A stretch of 64,000 nucleotides of DNA from an uncultured delta proteobacterium (GCA_963814585.1 CAWFDF010000008.1:320001-384000), one strand, 5' to 3'. Shown: positions 51,331 through 60,677, counted from the stretch's first letter. Notes: a model not told the origin generated them from the letters alone. Translations and numbers: made by a program.

Positions 51331-52296
51331 ATGCCCGACGACCTCGCCGACGACAGCGGAGACCAGGACGAGCGGCCCTTGCCGGTCCCCTCCGGGGGCG
51401 CCCGCCAGCCCGGGGGGCTGACCCGCTACGACCCGCTTCGCGCCTACATGGCGGAGGTCTCGCGCCACCCGCTGCTCACCCGCGAGGAGGAGCACGAGCT
51501 GGCGGTCCGCTACCGCGAGACCGGCGACGTGCAGGCCGCCTACCGGCTGGTGGCCTCCAACCTGCGCCTGGTGGTGAAGATCGCCCACGAGTACCGCCGC
51601 ACCGCCTTCCAGCTCCTCGACCTGATCCAGGAGGGCAACCTTGGCCTGATGCAGGCGGTGAAGAAGTACGACCCGCTCAAGGGCGTGAAGCTCTCCTCCT
51701 ACGCCGCCTGGTGGATCCGCGCCTACATCATCCGCTTCCTGATGGAGAACTGGCGCCTGGTGCGGCTCGGCACCACCCAGGCCCAGCGCAAGCTCTTCTT
51801 CAACCTCTCCAAGGAGCGGGAGAAGCTGATCGCGCGCGGCATCGACCCGACCCCGCGGCTGCTGGCCAGGAACCTCGACGTCGAGGAGCAGGAGGTGGAG
51901 GAGATGTCGGCGCGGATGGGCGCCGACGACCTCTCGCTCGACTCGCCGGCGCGCGGCTCCGAGGAGGGCGCGGCCACGCCGCTGGACCGGCTCCCGTCGG
52001 CGGGGGCGCCAGCCGCCGACGTGGCCCTGGGGGAGGAGCAGGTGCGCCGCCTCTTCCGGGAGCAGCTCGAGCGCTTCGCCGCCACCATCACCGACGAGAA
52101 GGAGCGCTTCATCTTCGAGCACCGGCTGCTGCCGCCGGAGGGGACGGAGCCGCTGACGCTCCAGGAGGTGGGCGATCGCTACCGGCTCACCCGGGAGCGG
52201 GCCAGGCAGATCGAGGCCAAGCTCACGGCCCGCCTCCGCGAGCACCTGCGCCAGGCCATCCCGGACTTCGAGCTGCTCGGCCCGCCGGCCGACTAG
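51331..52296 (+). CDS. RNA polymerase sigma factor, RpoH/sigma32-like
   Basis: DLIQEGNLGLMQAV, YAAWWIRA, RpoH box TTQAQRKLFFNL, TLQEVG..TRERARQIE. Confidence 0.93.
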   Translation: MPDDLADDSGDQDERPLPVPSGGARQPGGLTRYDPLRAYMAEVSRHPLLTREEEHELAVRYRETGDVQAAYRLVASNLRLVVKIAHEYRRTAFQLLDLIQEGNLGLMQAVKKYDPLKGVKLSSYAAWWIRAYIIRFLMENWRLVRLGTTQAQRKLFFNLSKEREKLIARGIDPTPRLLARNLDVEEQEVEEMSARMGADDLSLDSPARGSEEGAATPLDRLPSAGAPAADVALGEEQVRRLFREQLERFAATITDEKERFIFEHRLLPPEGTEPLTLQEVGDRYRLTRERARQIEAKLTARLREHLRQAIPDFELLGPPAD

Positions 52297-52356
52297 GCGC
52301 TCGGCTGGTCGACGCCTGGGCTCCCTGAGACCGTGCCAGACGCCGCTGGGGCGGGC

Positions 52357-52614
52357 TCAGCCGAGCAGCACGCTCGCCGTGATGAGCAGCGCCGCGGCCA
52401 GCCCGGCGACGCCGACCAGGACCGCGGCCGGCTCGGGCCTGAGAGACGCCAGCACCTCCGCCGCAGCAACCTGGTCGGCCTCGGTCGCGGCCACGTCGGC
52501 CAGCAGCGCCAGGGCCTCGGCCCGCGCCGCGCGGTGATCGCCGGCCTCGAGCCGCTCCCCCAGCCGGCCCGCCGCGCCGCGATCCCTCCTGAGCTCCTTC
52601 TTCACCTTGCCCAT
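52357..52614 (-). CDS. Small hypothetical protein with C-terminal TM helix
   Basis: 85 aa, normal codon usage, hydrophobic tail AAVLVGVAGLAAALLITASVLLG. Confidence 0.6.
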   Translation of the reverse strand: MGKVKKELRRDRGAAGRLGERLEAGDHRAARAEALALLADVAATEADQVAAAEVLASLRPEPAAVLVGVAGLAAALLITASVLLG

Positions 52615-52639
52615 GACGTGCAGCGTATCATGCGCCGCG

Positions 52640-53401
52640 ATGGCGCCTCAGCTCACCCGCCGCTCGTTCCTCGCCACGCTCGCCGCCGGCCTGGCCGGCG
52701 CCGCCCTCCCCGCCCGCGCCCGCGACGGCGTGGCCTCGAGCCCGGTCGCCATCGGCCAGGTGGTGCACGATGGCCGCTGGAACCCGCGCCCCAGCGCCCT
52801 CAAGCGGCTCGGATGGGAGCTGGCGCGCCGCACCTCCATCGAGACCACGCCCGAGCCGGCCCCGGTCCGGCTCGACGCCCCTGGGCTGCACCGCCACCCG
52901 TTCCTCTACCTCGCCGGGGACGGTGCCCTGCCCCCGTTCTCCGACGCGGCGGGAGCGGCGCTGCGCCGGCACCTCCAGTTCGGTGGCTTCCTGCTGGTCG
53001 ACGCCGCCGACGGCTCCGAGGGCGGCGGCTTCGACGCCACCGTCCGCCGCGAGCTGGCCCGGGTGCTGCCGTCGGCGCCCCTGGCCCCGGTCCCCCAGGC
53101 GCACGTCCTCTACAAGACCTTCTACCTGATCGACCGGCAGGGCGGCCGCGTGTCGACGCGGCCGTGGCTGGAGGCGCAGGCCCTGGACGGGCGGCTGGCC
53201 GTGGTCTACTCGCAGAACGACCTGGGCGGCGCCTGGGCCCGCTCGGACCTGGGCGACTGGGAGTACCCCTGCACCCCCGGCGGCGAGGCCCAGCGCGAGA
53301 CGGCCATCCGGCTCGGCGTCAACCTCTCCATGTACGCCCTCTGCACCGACTACAAGGACGACGCCGTCCACCTGCCCTTCATCATGAAGCGGCGGACCTG
53401 A
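52640..53401 (+). CDS. DUF4159 domain protein with twin-arginine signal
   Basis: TRRSFL Tat motif; PFLYLAG, GGFLLVD, NDLGGAW, RLGVNL..YALCTDYK. Confidence 0.85.
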   Translation: MAPQLTRRSFLATLAAGLAGAALPARARDGVASSPVAIGQVVHDGRWNPRPSALKRLGWELARRTSIETTPEPAPVRLDAPGLHRHPFLYLAGDGALPPFSDAAGAALRRHLQFGGFLLVDAADGSEGGGFDATVRRELARVLPSAPLAPVPQAHVLYKTFYLIDRQGGRVSTRPWLEAQALDGRLAVVYSQNDLGGAWARSDLGDWEYPCTPGGEAQRETAIRLGVNLSMYALCTDYKDDAVHLPFIMKRRT

Positions 53402-53411
53402 GAGCCGCCGC

Positions 53412-55700
53412 CTGGACCGGAACGCCTTCAACGACTGGCGCCTCGCCATCCTCACGCCGCTCCCGGGCTGGGCCCTGGCGCTGGCCGCGGCGGCCGCCGT
53501 GGCGGCGGTGGCGCTCACCTGGTGGGGCCTGCGGTCCGAGCCACGGCCGGGCCGCCGGCGGGCCCTGCTGGCGCTGCGAGCGGCGAGCGCGCTGCTGGCC
53601 CTCTTCCTCCTGCTCGAGCCGTGCGTCCAGCTGCTCCAGACCGCCCGCTCCCGACTCCGCTTCGCCGTGCTGGTCGACACCTCGCGCTCGATGCGCTTCC
53701 CGGTGGAGCCGGGCAGCGGCAGCCGGGCCGAGGCGGTGGCGGCGCTGCTGGCCGGGCAGCGCTCCGATCTGGCCCGCCTCGCCGAGCGGGTCGACCTCGA
53801 CTGGCGCGGGTTCGACGCGCAGGCCCAGCCTGCCGACGGCGAGGCGGCGGCGCGCGGGCTGCCCTCGGACGGGAGCCGGACCGACCTGCTGGGCGCGCTG
53901 CTGGCGGCCGCCGCCGGCCCGGGACGGAAGCTGGCCGGGGTGCTCCTCCTCTCCGACGGCGCCGACAACGCGACCCTCTCCGTGGGACTCACGCCGGCGG
54001 CGCGCGCCGAGCTGCGCGCCCTGGGCGTGCCCGTCAACACCGTGGCGGCGGGCCGGGAGCCGCCGCGCGACCTGGCCGTCGAGCGGGTGGCGGCGGAGGA
54101 GTTCGCCTTCGTCCGCAGCAGCGTGACCATCGAGGCCACGCTGCGGGCCCACGGGCTCGACGCCGGCCCCATCACGGTGGTGCTGCGGCGGGAGGGGGCG
54201 GTGGTGGCCCAGGCCACCGTGGCGCTCGAGGCGGGGAAGGACCGCTACCAGGTGCCGCTCACCTTCCGGCCCGACACCACCGGGACCTTCGTCTTCACGG
54301 TCGCGGCGCCGGTGCTCCCCGGCGAGGCGGTGGCCGCCAACAACCAGCGCTCCTTCGTGCTGCGCGTGATCCGCGACCGCGTCCGGGTGCTGCTGGTGGC
54401 CGGGCGGCCGAGCTGGGACGAGCGCTTTCTGCGCGGGCTGCTCAAGCAGGATCCCAACGTCGACCTGGTCAGCTTCTTCATCCTCCGCACCAGCTCCGAC
54501 CAGCCCGGGGCGCAGGACCAGCTCTCGCTCATCCCCTTCCCGGTGCAGGAGATCTTCGGTCCCCAGCTCAAGACCTTCGACGCGGTGGTGCTGCTCAACT
54601 TCAACTACGCCCCGTACCGCTCGCTGGACATCGAGCGGTTCCTCCCCAACCTGCGCGACTACGTCCGCGGCGGCGGCGGCCTGGCCATGGTGGGAGGGGA
54701 GCAGGGCTTCGGCGAGGCGCGCTACGGGGCCACGCCGCTGGCGGAGGTCCTGCCGGTGGCGCCGCTCGACGGGGCCGGCCTCGTCGAGGAGGCCTTCCGG
54801 CCCCGCCCCACCGTCGAGGGGCGGCGCCACCCGGTCACGGCCATCGGCGCCGGCGAGGCGGCCACCGTCGCGGCCTGGGAGGCCCTGCCGGCGCTCGAGG
54901 TGCTCAACCGGACCCGGCCGCTCCCCGCCGGCTCGGGGGCCACCGTGCTGCTGGAGGCCCCGGGCCTCCTGGTGGACGGACAGCCGGCGCCGGTGGTGGC
55001 GGTGCGCGAGGTGGGGGCCGGGCGAAGCCTGGCGGTCGCCACCGACGGCAGCTGGCACTGGGGCTACCTGGCCGCCGAGCGGGGCGGCGGCGACGGCGCC
55101 TACCGGCGCTTCTGGTCCTCGGCGCTCCGCTGGCTGGTGCGGGATCCCGAGCTCACCCCGCTCCGGGCCGAGCCGGACGCGCCGGCCATCGATCCGGGCG
55201 GGCCGGTCGGCCTCTCCATCTCGCTGCGCGGCGCCGGCTACGGCCCGGCGCCGGGCCGGAAGGTGGCGGTCGAGCTGATCGCGGAGGACGGCACCAGCGT
55301 GGCACGCGCCGAGGCCATCACCGGCGCCGACGGCGCGGTCCGCGTGGAGCTCCCCCCCGCGCCGCCGGGCGCCTACAAGGTCTCGGCCCGCGCCGAGCCG
55401 GTGCCGGGCGGCGCCCCGGAGACGGCGACCACCGCGGTCACGGTGCGCGGCGCCGGGCCGGAGGACGGCGACGCCAGGCCGCGGCCGGAGCTGCTCGCCA
55501 CCATCGCCGAGCTGACCGGCGGGGACTCGACCACGCTGCCGGGCGGCGGGCTGCCGAGGCTGCGCCAGCTGGAGCCGGAGGTGGTCGAGATCGGCCAGCG
55601 GCGAGAGGAGCCCATCTGGAACCGCTGGTGGTACCTGGCGGCGCTGTGCGCCACGCTCGGCGCCGAGTGGATCCTGCGGCGGAGGTGGGGGTACTGGTAG
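53412..55700 (+). CDS. Membrane protein with vWA-like and glutamine amidotransferase-like domains
   Basis: VLVDTSRSM, LLSDGADN (vWA/MIDAS), RVLLVAGRPSWD, YVRGGGGLAMVGG, terminal EWILRRRWG. Start uncertain (CTG 53412 or GTG 53499). Confidence 0.8.
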   Translation: MDRNAFNDWRLAILTPLPGWALALAAAAAVAAVALTWWGLRSEPRPGRRRALLALRAASALLALFLLLEPCVQLLQTARSRLRFAVLVDTSRSMRFPVEPGSGSRAEAVAALLAGQRSDLARLAERVDLDWRGFDAQAQPADGEAAARGLPSDGSRTDLLGALLAAAAGPGRKLAGVLLLSDGADNATLSVGLTPAARAELRALGVPVNTVAAGREPPRDLAVERVAAEEFAFVRSSVTIEATLRAHGLDAGPITVVLRREGAVVAQATVALEAGKDRYQVPLTFRPDTTGTFVFTVAAPVLPGEAVAANNQRSFVLRVIRDRVRVLLVAGRPSWDERFLRGLLKQDPNVDLVSFFILRTSSDQPGAQDQLSLIPFPVQEIFGPQLKTFDAVVLLNFNYAPYRSLDIERFLPNLRDYVRGGGGLAMVGGEQGFGEARYGATPLAEVLPVAPLDGAGLVEEAFRPRPTVEGRRHPVTAIGAGEAATVAAWEALPALEVLNRTRPLPAGSGATVLLEAPGLLVDGQPAPVVAVREVGAGRSLAVATDGSWHWGYLAAERGGGDGAYRRFWSSALRWLVRDPELTPLRAEPDAPAIDPGGPVGLSISLRGAGYGPAPGRKVAVELIAEDGTSVARAEAITGADGAVRVELPPAPPGAYKVSARAEPVPGGAPETATTAVTVRGAGPEDGDARPRPELLATIAELTGGDSTTLPGGGLPRLRQLEPEVVEIGQRREEPIWNRWWYLAALCATLGAEWILRRRWGYW

Positions 55701-55758
55701 GGCCCACGGCATCCCCTGACGGCCCGGGGGCAGGTGCCACGCGATGGACCGGCGTCAC

Positions 55759-57024
55759 CTACGGCAGCCAGGCCACCCGCACGCCGGCCTGGAGCATGGC
55801 GTGCGTCGGGTCGCCGATCGGCATTTCCTGGGTGACGCCACCCACCTCCAGGTCCCGCCACATCCATCGCCCCCCGTCGATCGAGGCCCAGGCGCCGAGC
55901 GTCGCTTGAGTCCAGCGCACCAGCTGCACGCCCCCTTCGAGCCTGACCATCCAGCCGTCCCAGTACTCGATCACCGGCACGCCGGCCTCCAGGCGGTCGA
56001 CCATGAGCCCCACGATCCCGGCGCCCACGCCGAACCAGGGGTCCCGCCAGGTCGCAGGGGACGGGTGGAACTCCACCTGCAGGCCGAGCGCCATGCGGAA
56101 CGGATCACAGCCACTCGCCGGCGCGCAAGTCGACGCCACGCCAGACGCCACCTCGAGGAACGCGCTCGCCCAGAAGCGCGATCCGAACCGGTAGCCGAGG
56201 GCCAGCTGCACGGGGAAGTACGCCTCGGCCACGTCCCCTGGTTGGACCAGAGGCAGGGCGCCGCCCAGCCGCCCGGAGAGCAGGAAGCCCCGCCCAACCT
56301 CCACCGGCGCGCCCTCCACGGCCGCGCCCTCTCCCGGGCGCGGCTCCCAGACGCCGCGGAACGCGAGGAGGAACGTCGCGTGGAGCGTCTGCCCCGGTGC
56401 GGGGATGACGTCGCCGAAGGTGCGGTCCTGCGTGAACCGGCCGAGCGTCAGCTCGGCCAGGATGCTGGAGCGCCCGGACGGGCCGGGCCAGGAGTACTCC
56501 AGCCGTGGGATGGTCAGCTCCAGGCCGCCGAGGTCCCAGGGGCCAGCCATGAACCAGGTGCCGCTCACGCCGGCGCCCGCCCAGAGCTCCGAGGCTCCAC
56601 CCAGGAGGCGCACCGTCGCCGCGAGGCCGGCCCGGGCCAGGGTCTGGCCCTCGGATTCCGCCTCGTTACAGAGGAACACCGTCTCGCAGCCCCAGGCGAC
56701 GCTGCCGGTGAGGCCGGCCCAGAGCCAGGGCGCGGGGTACCAGCCGAGGTCGCCTCCAACTTCGAACATGACCGGAGCGTACTGGCCGAGCGACAGGCCG
56801 GCGGTCGCGTTGCGCACCGGCACGAGCAGCCCGAGCCGGAAGCCGGCGCTGAAGGCCGGCGGCCCGCCTGGCGTGACCACGGTCGGCGCCTCGGCGACTG
56901 GAGGTCCGGGCTCGGCCACCTCCGGCACCGACGACGGGGCAGCGCCCTGCGCCGTCGCCTCCTGGGCGACCGCCACCGACGTGGTCCAGAACGCGAGCGC
57001 GAGCCTGCTCCAGCGCAAGTCCAC
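55759..57024 (-). CDS. Putative outer-membrane protein with two tandem small beta-barrel domains
   Basis: Signal-like N-terminus, Pro linker, two units of alternating aromatic/hydrophobic strands, each with a Cys pair; ends LQAGVRVAWLP; GGAGGGG Shine-Dalgarno. Confidence 0.6.
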   Translation of the reverse strand: MDLRWSRLALAFWTTSVAVAQEATAQGAAPSSVPEVAEPGPPVAEAPTVVTPGGPPAFSAGFRLGLLVPVRNATAGLSLGQYAPVMFEVGGDLGWYPAPWLWAGLTGSVAWGCETVFLCNEAESEGQTLARAGLAATVRLLGGASELWAGAGVSGTWFMAGPWDLGGLELTIPRLEYSWPGPSGRSSILAELTLGRFTQDRTFGDVIPAPGQTLHATFLLAFRGVWEPRPGEGAAVEGAPVEVGRGFLLSGRLGGALPLVQPGDVAEAYFPVQLALGYRFGSRFWASAFLEVASGVASTCAPASGCDPFRMALGLQVEFHPSPATWRDPWFGVGAGIVGLMVDRLEAGVPVIEYWDGWMVRLEGGVQLVRWTQATLGAWASIDGGRWMWRDLEVGGVTQEMPIGDPTHAMLQAGVRVAWLP

Positions 57025-57133
57025 CTTCCCCTCCTGGAAGCCAGCGTCCGCCTCCGAGCAGGGTCCGGCAAGGACCACGTTGTCTCAGCCCGCCGGGGAC
57101 GGCTCCGCAAGGTGGAATGGAGCGGTGCGACCG

Positions 57134-58222
57134 TCAGCGGCCGCCAAGCGCGAGCCCGAGCAGCAGGCCGAGCACCCCGAGCGCCACCACCACGGCCACC
57201 GGAGTCCGTGGGTCATCGAGCCACGGCGCCTGCGGGGCCGCGGGGCCCGTCGACTGCGCCACGCCGCCCGGCGGCGCCTCCGCGCGAGCCACCTCGACGA
57301 ACTGCTCGGAGGCCTCACGCTCGGGAGCCCGCTCCTCGACGACCGGACCGGTGACCGGGACCGATGCCGGAGACGTGGCTGGCGACTCGTCGTGCTGCGG
57401 GGGCGCGGTCTCGGGCGCGGCGAGCGAGGTGGACGCCTCGGCGGCTGCCCCCGGCCCGGCCCCCAGGGCCTGTGCCAGCGCCCGCCGGTGGCCGAGCCAG
57501 GCCGGCATCCCCTCGGCCTGCGAGGCCTCCACCCGCGCCACCACCTCACCGGCGCCGGCCGGCGCCACCGCGGCCGCCACGGCCTCGGCGAAGGCGGCCG
57601 CCGTCGGATAGCCCTCCCCCATCAACACCCGGTCGAGCACCGGCATGAGCGGTCCCGGCGCACCTCCCGGGACCAGGGGCAGGCTCTCCAGGAGGAGCCG
57701 CGCCAGGTCGCGGAGGTCGTCCTCGGGCGAGGCATCCTCGGCGAACGGCCGCCCCATCCCGCAGAGGAGCACCTCGCCGTCCTCGGCCAGCAGGATCCGC
57801 TCGGCGCGGACCGCGCCGTGGCAGAGCGGGCGATCCAGCGCGGCCGGCAGCGTGTGGCAGGCGTGGAGCGCGTGGGCCACGTCGACGGCCACCCGGGCCG
57901 CCAGCGCCGGGGAGAGCGGACCGCCGGCGTCGACCACGTTCTTCAGCGTCTCGCCCTCGCGCCAGGCCTCCACCAGCACCAGGTCGCCATCCAGCTCTCC
58001 TGGTCCCAGGAGCTGGCGCAGCGACCGGTGCCGGACCCGGGAGGCCAGATCGACGCCGCGGGCCAGCACCGAGAGGGCCAGCGCGTCGCCGGAGACCGCC
58101 GGCGGGACGCGGGCCACCAGCACGGCCCGCGGCGGCGAGGTCGAGCGGTCGAGGGCCAGCTCGGCGCGCCAGCCTCCGTCGGGCGGGAGGGCGGAGACCA
58201 CGCGGAGCCGGTCGAAGTGCAC
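57134..58222 (-). CDS. Ser/Thr kinase-fold protein with degenerate catalytic motifs (pseudokinase), C-terminal TM
   Basis: RVRHRSL, LVEAWREGETL, ALHACH..HGAVRAERILLAEDGEVLLCGMG align with the Hanks kinase core. Confidence 0.75.
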   Translation of the reverse strand: MHFDRLRVVSALPPDGGWRAELALDRSTSPPRAVLVARVPPAVSGDALALSVLARGVDLASRVRHRSLRQLLGPGELDGDLVLVEAWREGETLKNVVDAGGPLSPALAARVAVDVAHALHACHTLPAALDRPLCHGAVRAERILLAEDGEVLLCGMGRPFAEDASPEDDLRDLARLLLESLPLVPGGAPGPLMPVLDRVLMGEGYPTAAAFAEAVAAAVAPAGAGEVVARVEASQAEGMPAWLGHRRALAQALGAGPGAAAEASTSLAAPETAPPQHDESPATSPASVPVTGPVVEERAPEREASEQFVEVARAEAPPGGVAQSTGPAAPQAPWLDDPRTPVAVVVALGVLGLLLGLALGGR

Positions 58223-58279
58223 GCCCGGATGCTACTACACCCGCTTCTCGTTCTCCGGCGCCCCGGGTACCATCGTCCC

Positions 58280-59191
58280 GTGCCCAGCATCCGCGCCGTC
58301 GTCACCGACCTCGACAACACGCTCTACCCCTGGGTGGACTACGTCGTCCCCTCGCTGGAGGCCATGGTGGACTCGCTGGAGGCCACCACCGGCCTGCCGC
58401 GCATCCGCATCGTCCAGTCGCTCAAGGCGGTCTACGCCAAGTACGAGTCGAACGAGTACCCGTTCGCCATCCAGGAGTCGGAGCTCTTCAAGCCCTACGA
58501 CCGGGACTTCGACTCCTTCAACGCGCTGGTGATCGACCCGGCCCGCAAGGCCTTCAAGGCGGCCCGCGATCGCTACCTGCACCCCTACCCGGGCGTGAAG
58601 GAGACGCTGCAGGCCCTGGTGGCGCGCGGCCTCAAGCTGGTGGCGCTCACCGACGCCCCCCGCAACGCCGCCGAGGGGCGGCTGCGCACCCTCAAGCTCG
58701 ACACCCTCTTCCACGCCGTCTACACCCTGCCCGCCTACCCGCTCCCCGACCACGTCGATCCGGAGATCCGCCGCAAGGAGGAGGCTGGCCACTACCGGGC
58801 GGGCGTGCCGGTGGTCGAGCTGCCGGCCGACCACGAGAAGCCCAGCGCGGCCGGGCTGCGCCGGATCCTGGGCGACCTCGGCCTGAGGGGCGAGCAGGTG
58901 CTCTACGTCGGCGACAACGTGAAGAAGGACATGCCGGTGGCGCGGGCCTGCGGCGCGCTGGGGGTGTGGGCCGAGTACGGCACCTACATCTCGAAGGAGT
59001 ACCGCGACCGGCTCCAGGTCATCTCGGCCGGAGAGGTCACCAAGCGCCACGTCGCCGAGGCCACCGCGACGCGCTGGCCACTCGCCATCTCCTCCTTCAC
59101 CCAGGTGATCGACGTGCTCGACGGGGCGCGCTGGACCAGGCTGGCCCCGGTGCGCCGCGCCGTCCGCCGGCGCCCGGCCCGGAGCCGCTGA
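58280..59191 (+). CDS. HAD family hydrolase
   Basis: VVTDLDNTLY (DxD), LTDA, EKPS, YVGDNVKKD. Confidence 0.9.
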   Translation: MPSIRAVVTDLDNTLYPWVDYVVPSLEAMVDSLEATTGLPRIRIVQSLKAVYAKYESNEYPFAIQESELFKPYDRDFDSFNALVIDPARKAFKAARDRYLHPYPGVKETLQALVARGLKLVALTDAPRNAAEGRLRTLKLDTLFHAVYTLPAYPLPDHVDPEIRRKEEAGHYRAGVPVVELPADHEKPSAAGLRRILGDLGLRGEQVLYVGDNVKKDMPVARACGALGVWAEYGTYISKEYRDRLQVISAGEVTKRHVAEATATRWPLAISSFTQVIDVLDGARWTRLAPVRRAVRRRPARSR

Positions 59192-59200
59192 GGGGCCGCC

Positions 59201-59530
59201 ATGCGCTTCCGCCACCACGTCTTCATCTGCGAGAACCGGCGCCCCGAGGGCTCGCCGAAGGGCTGCTGCGCCGCGCGGGGCGGCGAGGCGGTCAAGCAGG
59301 CCTTCAAGGCCGAGCTGGCCCGGCGCGGCCTGAACAGGGAGATCCGGGCCAACAGCGCCGGCTGCCTCGATCTCTGCGCTCAGGGGCCGGTGGTCGTGGT
59401 CTACCCTGAGGGGACCTGGTACGTGGGCGTCCGGCCGGAGGACGTGGCCGAGATCGTCGAGCAGCACCTGGTCGGCGGGCGCCCGGTGGCCAGGCTGCTG
59501 GCCAGGTCCTTCGAGCGGCCCGCCACCTGA
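59201..59530 (+). CDS. Thioredoxin-like (2Fe-2S) ferredoxin
   Basis: HVFICEN..GCC..AGCLDLCAQGPVVVVYPEGTWY. Confidence 0.92.
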   Translation: MRFRHHVFICENRRPEGSPKGCCAARGGEAVKQAFKAELARRGLNREIRANSAGCLDLCAQGPVVVVYPEGTWYVGVRPEDVAEIVEQHLVGGRPVARLLARSFERPAT

Positions 59531-59570
59531 GCGGGCGCACCGGCCGCGGGCCAGGGCCCCGGCCCGGGAA

Positions 59571-60404
59571 TCAGTTCAGCATCGGCGGCCGGGCCCGCAG
59601 CGTCTCGAGCAGCGACCGGATGTCGGCAACGTCGGCGGCGGTCGGCACCGCGGCCAGGTAGGCCTCGAGGTCGCGCGCCGCCGCCGGCTTCAGCCCGAGC
59701 CGGGCCTCGACCAGCCCTCGATCGCGGACCTCGTCCATGGCGTCGGGCTGGAGAAGCAGCAGCCGGTCGATGACCCAGTAGGCCCGGACGTCGTCGCCCT
59801 GCTCCACGTAGATGCGCTTCAGGTTGTGGAGCATCCGCGACAGGATCTGGCGGGGCGGGACCGCCTGCAGGAAGCGCGGGTCGAACTCCCGGCCGTGCGC
59901 CAGGTGCTTGAAGCGGGCCACGCACTCGTCGGCGGTGAGCAGCTCGCCGCCGTTGTAGGCGTCGACGAACAGCTCCGGGCCGTGACCCAGCACCAGCTTG
60001 GTGAGGAAGTGCCCGGGGAAGCCGACGCCGGACAGGGTGAGACCGACGCGCCGGCCGACCTCCATGAGGAGGAGCGAGAGCGTGATGGGGATGCCGAGGC
60101 GGCGCTCCAGCACCTGGTTCAGGTAGGAGTTGCGGGCGTCGTAGTAGTCCTTCTCGTTGCCGCGGAACCCCTCGTCCTCGAAGAGCACCTTGCGCAGCGC
60201 CGAGAGGACCTGCGCGGTGCGCACCTGGTCGCCGACGATGGCCTTGACGCGCTCGCCCAGGGCGTCGAGCCGGTCGAGGCAGGCGCGCACGTCGAGGGCG
60301 GGGTACTCCTCGGAAGCGAGGGCCAGGGCGGCCTGGTCGAGCCGGAGGACCGGCTCGGCGAGGAGCGCCTCGAAGCGGGCGCGAGCGGGGCTGTCGAGCT
60401 GCAT
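59571..60404 (-). CDS. SirB1 / transglutaminase-like TPR protein
   Basis: GFRGN..YYDARNSYLNQVLERRLGIPITL, GVGFPGHF, RMLHNLK, RDRGL. Confidence 0.9.
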   Translation of the reverse strand: MQLDSPARARFEALLAEPVLRLDQAALALASEEYPALDVRACLDRLDALGERVKAIVGDQVRTAQVLSALRKVLFEDEGFRGNEKDYYDARNSYLNQVLERRLGIPITLSLLLMEVGRRVGLTLSGVGFPGHFLTKLVLGHGPELFVDAYNGGELLTADECVARFKHLAHGREFDPRFLQAVPPRQILSRMLHNLKRIYVEQGDDVRAYWVIDRLLLLQPDAMDEVRDRGLVEARLGLKPAAARDLEAYLAAVPTAADVADIRSLLETLRARPPMLN

Positions 60405-60549
60405 GTGTACCGGCGAGTATAGCCCCGGGGCGACGAAGGCAAGTCCGCGTCGCATTTCTTGGAGGGGTGTCAAAGGGCGTGCGCGGCGCGCCGGCAGTTC
60501 ACGCCGACGCCTCCAGGCCGTGCCAGTCCTCCAGTGCCAGTCTTCCCAC

Positions 60550-60578
60550 TTGACGGCATGGACCCGGTTCTCTATCTT
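60550..60578 (+). promoter_or_regulatory. sigma70 promoter of tRNA-Asn
   Basis: TTGACG-17 bp-TATCTT followed by a GC-rich discriminator. Confidence 0.75.
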
Positions 60579-60592
60579 GCCCGCCCTGCCAT

Positions 60593-60668
60593 TCCCCAGT
60601 AGCTCAGTTGGCAGAGCAGGTGACTGTTAATCACCGGGTCGCATGTTCGAGTCATGCCTGGGGAGCCA
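60593..60668 (+). tRNA. tRNA-Asn (GTT)
   Basis: Acceptor stem TCCCCAG/CTGGGGA, D arm GCTC..GAGC, anticodon arm GGTGA-CTGTTAA-TCACC, T arm GCATG-TTCGAGT-CATGC, encoded CCA; 76 nt. Confidence 0.97.
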
Positions 60669-60677
60669 CACACCCAA

